64,000 nucleotides of DNA from Candidatus Cloacimonadota bacterium (GTDB lineage: Bacteria > Cloacimonadota > Cloacimonadia > Cloacimonadales > Cloacimonadaceae), in assembly GCA_023228125.1 (NCBI GenBank), contig JALOBT010000006.1, positions 7,005 through 71,004 of the forward strand. The letters run 5' to 3'. Positions 47,144-54,723 of this stretch are shown one piece after another (positions within the stretch are counted from its first letter, which is position 1; every line of letters begins with the position of its first letter). The notes beneath the pieces were generated by a model. It did no database searches. It was not told the origin of the DNA and saw nothing but the letters and a program-made list of their open reading frames with translations. The position numbers were made by a program, and so were the translations under genes.

Positions 47144-48150
47144 GCCTGATCTTATCCTTTGAATCATCATGTGATGACACCTCCGTGGCAATCCTCAATA
47201 CCGATTATGAAGTTTTGGTAAATCTGATTTCCAGCCAACCGGAGCATCTGGATTTTGGCGGAGTACTACCCGAGCTGGCCTCCCGTCTGCACATGAAAAA
47301 CATCATGCACATGACCCAGATTGCCCTGCAGAAGGCGAACACCAGCCTGAGTGAGATAGATGCCATCGCAGTATCCATAAATCCAGGATTGATCGGCTCT
47401 CTGATCGTGGGTCTGGCCTTTGCCAAAGCTCTGGCCTGGAGCCTGCAAAGGCCGCTGATCACAGTGAACCATCTTCTCAGCCATATCTTTGCAAATTACA
47501 TTGATCATCCAGATCTGAAACCGCCCTTTTTGGCTCTGGTTGTTTCTGGCGGGCACACAGAACTTGTAGATTTCAAGAGTGCTACAGATTTTGAGATCGT
47601 AGGCAAGACCCTTGATGACGCGGCAGGGGAAACCTTTGACAAAGCAGCCAAGCTCCTGGGTCTGGGCTTTCCCGGAGGTCCGATTATCGATGAACTTGCG
47701 AGTGGGGGAGATGCTGGATTCGTCAAATTACCAAATCCTTTGCCTCAAAAGGATAACTATAATTTTAGTTATAGCGGCCTGAAAACTGCGATCAGGACTT
47801 ACATTATCAGCCAAAGCCCGGAATACCTGCAAGAACATGAATCTGATATTGCGGCCAGCATCCAGGCAGCCATCATCCGTCCCTTGATCTCAAAAACCAT
47901 CCGAAAGGCCAGAGAACTTCATCATCGCCAAATCCTCATCGCTGGAGGCGTGGCGGCAAATTCCGCCCTGCGTGTCGAGCTGCTACAGCAAGCTGCCAAA
48001 TACGATATCAAGGTCTTTTTCCCATCTCTCAAGCTCTGTATGGACAATGCCGCCATGGTCGCAGCGGCTGCTATACCAAAATTCAAAGCCGGCCTTTTTG
48101 CCGATCTTTCGGTAAATGCCAATTCCATCAAAGGCACGAAGCTGCTATAG
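47140..48150 (+). CDS. tsaD: tRNA N6-adenosine threonylcarbamoyltransferase
   Basis: 336 aa. Contains ILSFESSCDDTSVAIL, VNHLLSHI, VSGGHTEL and GGVAANSALR. Confidence 0.9.
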   Translation: MSLILSFESSCDDTSVAILNTDYEVLVNLISSQPEHLDFGGVLPELASRLHMKNIMHMTQIALQKANTSLSEIDAIAVSINPGLIGSLIVGLAFAKALAWSLQRPLITVNHLLSHIFANYIDHPDLKPPFLALVVSGGHTELVDFKSATDFEIVGKTLDDAAGETFDKAAKLLGLGFPGGPIIDELASGGDAGFVKLPNPLPQKDNYNFSYSGLKTAIRTYIISQSPEYLQEHESDIAASIQAAIIRPLISKTIRKARELHHRQILIAGGVAANSALRVELLQQAAKYDIKVFFPSLKLCMDNAAMVAAAAIPKFKAGLFADLSVNANSIKGTKLL

Positions 48151-48186
48151 CTCTTCCTGGATTATCAAAGCTAAACGGGTTTTAGA

Positions 48187-49059
48187 ATGGATTCACCACA
48201 AAGTTCAAATCATAAGTATCCAGGTTTTTTAACCATAGACGTTGAGGATTATTATCATATCCTCGGGGTAAGCGGTACGCCTCCGGTTCAGCACTGGGAC
48301 AAGCTAAACTCCCGCGTAGAGCTTGGAATGCAGAAGTATTTTGAGCTTTTGGAGCAGAAAAACATCAAGGCTACGCTGTTCTTTTTGGGCTATATTGCCT
48401 CAAAGCATCCGCAATTGGTTCGCAAAGCAGTGGAGCTTGGACACGAGATCGCCTCTCATGGCATGTATCATCAACAGATAGGCATACTTGGTCAAAAGGC
48501 GTTTTATCGTGATGCTCTGGATTCCCGCAAACTCCTGGAAGACATCTCAGGAAAGCAGCTCAGAGGCTGGCGAAGCCCCGGATTCTCCATCGGAAAAGAC
48601 ACTCCCTGGTTTTTTGACACGCTCAGCGAGGCGGGCTATTCCTACGATTCCTCCATCACGCCATACAACAAGTCGCACAGAATGCTCTGTGGAGGTTCCC
48701 TAAGGCCAGAGTTTATCTCTACCCAGTCCGGCAAGATCCTGGAATTTCCCATCACAGTAATAAAGATAGGCCAGCTCAGGCTTAGTATGTTTGGGGGTGG
48801 TTATCTGCGTTTCTTCCCCTACTGGCTGATTTCCCTGATGAAAGAACGCGTCCTTAGCACTTATCCACTCACCATATACATCCATCCCCGTGAGCTGGAT
48901 CCTCATCACCCGCAGCTTGAGATGAACCTCAAACGCAGATTCATGAGCTATGTGAATATGGACTCAGTTCCCGCAAAGCTTGAAATGCTTTTGGATGCCA
49001 CGAATTATCTGACTTTGGGAGATTATTATGATTTGCTCACAACCGAAAAGCAGCAATAA
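48187..49059 (+). CDS. polysaccharide deacetylase (NodB fold with a DUF3473-type C-terminal region)
   Basis: 290 aa. Contains LTIDVEDYYH, HEIASHGMYH and WRSPGFS. The C-terminal region resembles the deacetylases found in PEP-CTERM/exosortase loci. Confidence 0.75.
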   Translation: MDSPQSSNHKYPGFLTIDVEDYYHILGVSGTPPVQHWDKLNSRVELGMQKYFELLEQKNIKATLFFLGYIASKHPQLVRKAVELGHEIASHGMYHQQIGILGQKAFYRDALDSRKLLEDISGKQLRGWRSPGFSIGKDTPWFFDTLSEAGYSYDSSITPYNKSHRMLCGGSLRPEFISTQSGKILEFPITVIKIGQLRLSMFGGGYLRFFPYWLISLMKERVLSTYPLTIYIHPRELDPHHPQLEMNLKRRFMSYVNMDSVPAKLEMLLDATNYLTLGDYYDLLTTEKQQ

Positions 49060-49693
49060 AATTACCTCAAAATTCTTTGATGGCTATGCCCAGGATTTTG
49101 ATTCCATTTACGGAAGCGGGAAAAGTAGGTTCTCACGTTTTGTGAACCGGTATCTTCGCCAAAGCATTGTTAGGCGTTTTGAACTAACTCTGATGGCCTG
49201 CCAGGATTTAGAGGACAAAAGTATCCTCGATGTGGGATGCGGCCCAGGGCACTACTGCTTAGCGCTTGCCAGGAAAGGTGCAAAGAGGGTGTATGGGATC
49301 GATTTCGCGCCCCAGATGATAGCTCTGGCCTCACAAAAAGCCCTTGAGAATAAGGTGCAGGATGTCTGCCACTTTGAAGTCAGGGATTTCTTCAGCATTT
49401 CTGAGGAGCAGTACCATTACCTGATTATGATGGGGTTCATGGACTACATCGAAGACGCCCGGGCCTGTGTGGAAAAAGCTATGGCACTGTGCCTGGAAAA
49501 GGCATTCTTCAGTTTTCCCGTTTCTGGTGGTTTGCTGGCCTGGCAGAGAAAGCTGCGCTACAGATCGAAGTGTCCGCTCTATATGTATTCATACCAGGAT
49601 ATTCAAAGCCTTTTCCGCTCCATTCCAGGCCTGCGGTTCAAGATCCGCAAGATCGACCGCGACTTTTGGGTGGAAGCCTGGAAGCAGAGCTGA
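49028..49693 (+). CDS. class I SAM-dependent methyltransferase
   Basis: 221 aa. Motif I is ILDVGCGPGHY, post-I is YGIDFAPQM. Overlaps the upstream gene by 32 nt. Confidence 0.75.
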   Translation: MICSQPKSSNKITSKFFDGYAQDFDSIYGSGKSRFSRFVNRYLRQSIVRRFELTLMACQDLEDKSILDVGCGPGHYCLALARKGAKRVYGIDFAPQMIALASQKALENKVQDVCHFEVRDFFSISEEQYHYLIMMGFMDYIEDARACVEKAMALCLEKAFFSFPVSGGLLAWQRKLRYRSKCPLYMYSYQDIQSLFRSIPGLRFKIRKIDRDFWVEAWKQS

Positions 49694-49731
49694 AGAGTCC
49701 AGATTCGATTTTCACAGAAAGAGGCATTATC

Positions 49732-51195
49732 TCACTTGCAATATACTATCTTGTTGCGGTATTTGCTTCCCTTGATATCTTCGCTGTGCACATAGTAAAT
49801 GCCGCTGCTACCCAGGCTTTTTGCAGAAGGTAAATATGCTTCATCATAAAGCAATTGTCCGCGCAGATTGTAGATGCGCACCCGCTTTAGCTGGGCGCAG
49901 GAGCTATCCTTCAATACGGCATCTTGAGTAAGGGGATTGGGGTACAAGGCCAATTCTGGAGTTTGAATATGGGTATCATCCAGATTGTGGGTGGGCTGGG
50001 TAAAGAGCTCATCAAGCGCAAAATATTGCGGCTCTTGAGTATAAGCAGCATAGTAGGGAGTAGCATTTGCCCAAAGCAAGGCATTCTGAGAGGGGATGTA
50101 TTGGATCATCATCAAATTGCTGCTAACTCCCCCAGCCCCTTTCATGATCTGCCACTGCCGTGGCATATCCACTTTGTCACTTACGGCCAGCGAATCAGCA
50201 ATCCTGGCATATCTCCCACAATATGCAGCATCGGTTAGCAGCCTGAAATGATTGGTCGCAGCCAGATTATCTCCGGCAATGCCACTGTTTTCTGCCTGCC
50301 CTCTGCGCACTGTACCAGTATTGTTGGTTTCCACGATGTAGGCGCGGGAGGAATCTGGCCATTCTTGAACATTATGGATGATGCTGCCGGAGAGATGATT
50401 CCCAGTGAAAAGCGCCGAAAAGACATCCTCCGTGCTGTACAGGCCATCACCATTAAAATCCCGGCGTTCGATGCCACTGCGCAGGTCCAGTAATACTGTG
50501 CTGAGCTCATCGTCATCAACGTTTGGATGTGCATTTCCCACATTCAGAAATACTGCTGCCTGCGCTTCGTTGATCGCAGAAAGAGCTCCTATCAATCCCG
50601 GATATCCAAAACTTAGCCAGGGCATCTCATCCACTTCGCTGGGATGATGCACAGTAAGCACCGAATTGTTGATCAGCGTTTGCGATCGTGTCCAATCCAA
50701 AAGGCGGGTAATCTGCAGTTTTCCCTGCAAATCAGGATCACTGAGCGTAGCATTTCCCCAGCTTGACAGGGATGAGCAGGCTATTTGCCCTGTAGCCAGA
50801 TCCACCACGGCATTTACAAAGAGCAAATCACTTACATTCAGATCGCGGCCCAAACCCTGATGATACATGTCCGTTCCAGACTCCTGCATTCCGGTAATAA
50901 TCCCTTGAACCTCTTGCAGATAGCGGGCATCCACTACAAAGTGATTCTGGTAATATTGCAGATAGCTGTTGTAGATGGCGGGGCTGTTGCTCATCGCGCT
51001 CGCAAAGAAATATTCCCGGAACACAGCCATGATCTGCTCACCCATCAGATATCCCATCGCCTGACCGCGCTCGTAATGCGTCCCCCACACGTGTAAGAGA
51101 TAGCGATCTCCCAGATCATCGATTCTGCCATTCACCGCCAGCAAAGCGTTTCCGCTCAGCCATATAATCAAAGCAATAATTAGTATTTTTTTCAT
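49732..51195 (-). CDS. secreted C45-like (Ntn-hydrolase/acyltransferase family) protein with a T9SS-type C-terminal sorting domain
   Basis: Taken from the ATG at 51195 (MKKILIIALIIWLSGNALLA), which has a GAGGTG SD sequence. N-terminal region HVWGTHYERGQAMGYLMGEQI, with candidate nucleophile CSSLSSWG. The C-terminus (LYPNPLTQDAVL..IYNLRGQLL..GIYYV) fits the T9SS type A pattern. Confidence 0.55.
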   Translation of the reverse strand: MKKILIIALIIWLSGNALLAVNGRIDDLGDRYLLHVWGTHYERGQAMGYLMGEQIMAVFREYFFASAMSNSPAIYNSYLQYYQNHFVVDARYLQEVQGIITGMQESGTDMYHQGLGRDLNVSDLLFVNAVVDLATGQIACSSLSSWGNATLSDPDLQGKLQITRLLDWTRSQTLINNSVLTVHHPSEVDEMPWLSFGYPGLIGALSAINEAQAAVFLNVGNAHPNVDDDELSTVLLDLRSGIERRDFNGDGLYSTEDVFSALFTGNHLSGSIIHNVQEWPDSSRAYIVETNNTGTVRRGQAENSGIAGDNLAATNHFRLLTDAAYCGRYARIADSLAVSDKVDMPRQWQIMKGAGGVSSNLMMIQYIPSQNALLWANATPYYAAYTQEPQYFALDELFTQPTHNLDDTHIQTPELALYPNPLTQDAVLKDSSCAQLKRVRIYNLRGQLLYDEAYLPSAKSLGSSGIYYVHSEDIKGSKYRNKIVYCK

Positions 51196-51376
51196 ATTCA
51201 CCTCTGTGGCGATTTCAAATCAGAGGCTCCACCTGTCAAGACAAAACTCGCACAAGAGCAATATAATCTTGCAAATCTATGTATATCTTTCCCAAGAGCT
51301 TTGCCTGCACTCAAGGATCCATAACTGTCTATGCTCTGGGGATGCAATGATTATGCCCTAAACCATGGTTAAAATA

Positions 51377-51452
51377 TGGAGCGGGCAACGGGACTCGAAC
51401 CCGCGACCCCCAGCTTGGGAAGCTAATGCTCTACCAACTGAGCTATGCCCGC
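51377..51452 (-). tRNA. tRNA-Gly (anticodon CCC), CCA encoded
   Basis: The reverse complement GCGGGCATAGCTCAGTTGGTAGAGCATTAGCTTCCCAAGCTGGGGGTCGCGGGTTCGAGTCCCGTTGCCCGCTCCA folds by hand into a cloverleaf. It has a 7-bp acceptor stem, a D arm GCTC/GAGC, an anticodon loop TTCCCAA and a T arm GCGGG/CCCGT with a TTCGAGT loop. Confidence 0.9.
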
Positions 51453-51824
51453 TCACTATGATCACACTCAAAATAACCTGCCTAAATGTCAAGAGTTTTT
51501 ACAAGCTCATTGAATATTTAAAAGTCAGACAGCATAGTGTCCACGCATAGAAAGCCCGGTCTTTGAAGTGATGTCTCAAAGGTTGGTGCAGATTCCAAGT
51601 TATAATTTTTAAGATTGTTTGAAAAAGTTTCTATCTTTTCGTTTGGTGTTATCTTACTGAGGCCAAATGCTTTCAGGCTTAGTTATATTTCTTCCAGGAC
51701 TGGTCTGCACCCCTTTGTTGTGGTAAAGATACCGTGGGGAAAAAGGGTTTGTCATTGCTTATGCTTACTATCGGTAAGAGCCCAACCCGATGTCCACGGT
51801 ACTCAGTAGCGCAGAATTGATAAC

Positions 51825-51854
51825 CAAAAAACCCGGAGCAATCCCCGGGTTTTA
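51825..51854 (-). terminator. rho-independent terminator after the solute-binding protein gene
   Basis: On the minus strand: AAAACCCGG, loop GGATTGCT, CCGGGTTTTTTGG. Stem ACCCGG/CCGGGT is followed by a T6 run. Confidence 0.8.
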
Positions 51855-51882
51855 TATATGCGATCTCTTTGTTTATGGGATA

Positions 51883-52623
51883 TTAATTCTCTTTCATCCA
51901 TTTACTCTTTAATTCAGCCAGTACTCCCGTCTCTTCCAAAACCTCAAAGGCTTTGCTCCAGGCTTTCACAATCTCTTTTTTGGTGGATAGCGAAAAGCCG
52001 ATGTAATACTGCGTGCTGGAGAATGTGAAGGCGCGAATCAGGCTATCGGGCTTCAGCCCTGCGTCCTTGATCAGGGATTTTGCCGTGATATCTGTGAGCA
52101 GCACGGCATTAGCCTTTCCGGAGGCCACCATTTGGATGCTCTCCTCATGGGAAGCGGTGGGGATCAGATTTTTAAAGCCCAGATCCAACAATTGTTGTTC
52201 GGCAAACCAATTGGATACGATGGCAATGGAGCCCAGCTTTTTGGCATCCTCAAGCTTGGTGATTTTGAGCTTGGACTCTGCTTTTACGTAGAAGCCGGCG
52301 CTATTCTCCCCCAAAGGACCCACCCACTGGAAGTTCTTCTCGCGGAGGGGGGTGCGTTCAATGGTGTAAATGACTGTGTTTTCTTCTTTCAATGCTCTTT
52401 GGTAAGCAGACTCCCAAGTGAGTAGTTTGATGGGATGCTTTGTCCCGAGTACTTTCATGAGTTCACGCACGATATCTGTGGCGTATCCGCTCACTTCTTC
52501 GCCCACGGCGAAGGTGAGAGGGGGATATTCTTCTGTGAAAATCTGCAGGTTTCCCTTGTAAGCCTCGGCAAACAGGAATAGACAGCAGCTTAGGGCAGCA
52601 ATAATCAGAAACATTCTTTGCAT
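51883..52623 (-). CDS. periplasmic solute-binding protein (ABC family 3 / PBPb-like); no cognate permease or ATPase adjacent
   Basis: 246 aa with a signal peptide (MQRMFLIIAALSCCLFLFA). Type II PBP pattern: EEYPPLTF.., WESAYQRALKEENTVIYTIERTPLREKNFQWVGPL. Confidence 0.65.
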   Translation of the reverse strand: MQRMFLIIAALSCCLFLFAEAYKGNLQIFTEEYPPLTFAVGEEVSGYATDIVRELMKVLGTKHPIKLLTWESAYQRALKEENTVIYTIERTPLREKNFQWVGPLGENSAGFYVKAESKLKITKLEDAKKLGSIAIVSNWFAEQQLLDLGFKNLIPTASHEESIQMVASGKANAVLLTDITAKSLIKDAGLKPDSLIRAFTFSSTQYYIGFSLSTKKEIVKAWSKAFEVLEETGVLAELKSKWMKEN

Positions 52624-52983
52624 GGTTTCTCCTTCTTTGGCACATTCATATTTGATGCTAAGCCATGAATCGCAGATCCTGGGGTGAAATCCACAAATCG
52701 CAGATCAGGCTTTTTTGAAGACCTGATTTCAGGGCTTCGCCTTATACAATACCTGGTAAGCAGGGGATAGGGCTCCCGCTTACCTCGCAATACACTTATT
52801 ATCTATTTAACAGATAGCTTGTTACGGCTCTCTGCGTTTACTCACGTATCTCTTTTGTATATGCATAAATGGAGCCACTATAGCTAATCTTTTATTAAGC
52901 TATCCAAAGCATTGAATGAAAACGCTATACGGTTTTATTGGGGTGCCAATATTTGCCGGAAAACAAAAGAAAGCCTGAGTGCA

Positions 52984-53027
52984 TTGCGATATCGCAAAGA
53001 GTAAGCGCAAGACGATGCGATATCGCA
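52984..53027. promoter_or_regulatory. two copies of a palindromic operator-like site, TGCGATATCGCA
   Basis: TTGCGATATCGCAA at 52984-52997 is a perfect 14-bp palindrome. TGCGATATCGCA at 53016-53027 is a perfect 12-bp palindrome. Their centres are 31 bp apart. The second ends 10 nt before the ATG at 53038. Confidence 0.45.
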
Positions 53028-53037
53028 AGAGGTAAAT

Positions 53038-53436
53038 ATGGATGCTTTGAAAAACTTGGAAAAGAAACTCACCGTAACGAGCAAATTCGATAGACTGGCT
53101 GTTTTTTGCGGGATTCTACAGCTTAAATGCAAACAGCAGCTTGCGATATTGGTTAAAACTTACCTTCAAGCCAGATCGGCATATCAAGATTATATGGAAT
53201 TTGATCCTCAAGCCCCTCTTTCAATGCGAAATTATATGACGGAGGTATTCTTCCAGACCTACCCAGCTATCCGGCCTTACCTACGCGGGAAAGATTTCGG
53301 AAAGATTTTGCCAGGGTCATACAGATGCAATACTGAAGCCATCTCGCACAACTGCATAGATTACATGGTCTTTGAAGCTTTTACTGCAGCTAACTACTTT
53401 CTTTACATTACCTTTCATTATTTCTCCTCACTTTAG
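53038..53436 (+). CDS. hypothetical protein (132 aa), coding status uncertain
   Basis: ATG preceded by AAGAGGT. No recognisable motif. A 33-codon antisense sORF with a stronger SD sequence overlaps its 3' end. Confidence 0.4.
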   Translation: MDALKNLEKKLTVTSKFDRLAVFCGILQLKCKQQLAILVKTYLQARSAYQDYMEFDPQAPLSMRNYMTEVFFQTYPAIRPYLRGKDFGKILPGSYRCNTEAISHNCIDYMVFEAFTAANYFLYITFHYFSSL

Positions 53437-53492
53437 TTGTCAACCAAAATCAGGAAACCCCAAGGAAATACCAATGTATTTGACCCTTTCTA

Positions 53493-53599
53493 CCTCCCTT
53501 CAGAGCCTCGATCATGTCTTCATCCACCCTTAATCAAGCGTTAACAATTAACGCTTGATTAAGGGTAGATGAAGAAGTACTTGACAGTCTGAAGGGAGG
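53493..53599. repeat. 107-nt composite palindrome (long two-tier hairpin)
   Basis: Outer arms CCTCCCTTCAGA (53493-53504) and TCTGAAGGGAGG (53588-53599) pair perfectly over 12 bp. Inner arms 53518-53544 and 53548-53574 pair at 26/27 around a CAA loop. A symmetric 13/13-nt internal loop separates the tiers. Confidence 0.7.
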
Positions 53600-53631
53600 G
53601 AAGAATATGGTACAAAAAACAGGAGGAAACC

Positions 53632-54075
53632 ATGAAAGCATATGTAAAAGCAGGAATTAAAGGCTTTTCCGGCAAGCTGGACGGAGCCATATACTACTAT
53701 CACCCCAAGTTAAAGCGGACCCTGATGCGCAGCGCCCCAAAGATGCCGATCCAGCCGCAAAATCATGCTTACCGGGATATCTCTCGCCAGATTAAGGCGA
53801 TAAACCCCAGTGAGGCCTATAGAAATGACTTTCGTATGTACCTCGGCTCTCTGATGGAAAGAGACGATAGCATACGCCTGCCGTCCTGGTATAGCCTGTA
53901 TATCAAGATGCTGTGGGCGATGCAGGCCAGGTATCCCCAGCAGGTGAATCTGAAAACCATCACCAGAGAGCAGATAATAGAGCAAAATCTGCCCTGCCGC
54001 TCTGTAAAGGCCGCGGTGGAGGATGGGCTCTTGCCGCAAATTCCGGGATCTCAGTATCTGGATAGAGAGATTTGA
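53632..54075 (+). CDS. hypothetical basic protein (147 aa)
   Basis: Strong AGGAGGA SD sequence 6 nt before the ATG. N-terminus is MKAYVKAGIKGFSGKLDGAIYYYHPKLKRTLMRSAP. No family assigned from memory. Confidence 0.6.
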   Translation: MKAYVKAGIKGFSGKLDGAIYYYHPKLKRTLMRSAPKMPIQPQNHAYRDISRQIKAINPSEAYRNDFRMYLGSLMERDDSIRLPSWYSLYIKMLWAMQARYPQQVNLKTITREQIIEQNLPCRSVKAAVEDGLLPQIPGSQYLDREI

Positions 54076-54116
54076 GCAGGATTGAGGCTTGCTCTCTCGC
54101 AGATGGCTATGCACTC

Positions 54117-54236
54117 GTAACGCTGTCTTCAGAAGGTGAGTGATTCGTAAGATCTGCTTTGGAAACATTGCTTGAGAAGGCTTGGACACGCACCGTCTAA
54201 AGACAGTGCTACGGCCGTCTAAAGACAGCGTTACCA
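54117..54236. repeat. TIR-like inverted repeat enclosing about 84 nt, with a 22-nt tandem duplication at its right end
   Basis: GTAACGCTGTCTTCAGA (54117-54133) pairs with TCTAAAGACAGCGTTAC (54218-54234) at 16/17. The 22-mers CCGTCTAAAGACAG+8 at 54193-54214 and 54215-54236 match at 18/22. Confidence 0.5.
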
Positions 54237-54653
54237 TGCTCTTGTGCGCCAAGAAGAAGATTTATGTTTAATTTATTGGTAGTCCGTTTTGACAGCAGTG
54301 CTGGCTTTTTGGAGTTTACATGAAAAACCAGCCGGGGATTTGACGTACTGTCCCTATCAGGCGAATTTGCCTTGAAAGACTCCAGGTGGCGGTTTTCAAC
54401 CGCCACGCCCAAAGTTGCCGTCCAAGACAAGACTTTTTCCTGGCCTTTGAAGGCCAGGCACCCGCAGCTATATGAACCAATATCCCCTCAGGCTATATAA
54501 TGGGCGGATTTTCTATATAAAGTCCTTGTTTTAACTCTAAAGCGACCCCAGTAGATTTAGAAAAGCCTGGCAGATAGCAGATATAGTGTGCGCAAAGCTA
54601 ATAAGGCCAAAGCAGGAAGAATCGCTTTAGAGTCAAAACAAAAGGCAGGATGC

Positions 54654-54716
54654 CTCAACCCCCTAAACTCTCTAAACCCTCTAAACCCTCTCAACCTTCT
54701 AAACCTTCTCAACCCC
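54654..54716. repeat. 9-bp tandem repeat, seven units (consensus CTMAACCYT)
   Basis: Units in order: CTCAACCCC, CTAAACTCT, CTAAACCCT, CTAAACCCT, CTCAACCTT, CTAAACCTT, CTCAACCCC. Confidence 0.85.
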
Positions 54717-54723
54717 AAAGCAT

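Noticed and set aside
53710-54252. 180-aa minus-strand ORF overlapping ORF 53632
   Set aside because: It has no SD sequence and extends into the repeat-rich non-coding region. The + strand ORF has a strong SD sequence and a cleaner start. The call remains uncertain without expression data.
54661-54690. Telomere-like CCCTAAA motif within the tandem repeat
   Set aside because: It occurs only as part of a 9-bp unit in an internal chromosomal position. I judged it coincidental.
54193-54716. Possible CRISPR array (repeated 22-mers and 9-mers)
   Set aside because: The repeats are directly tandem with no unique spacers, the units are far shorter than CRISPR repeats, and no cas genes are present.
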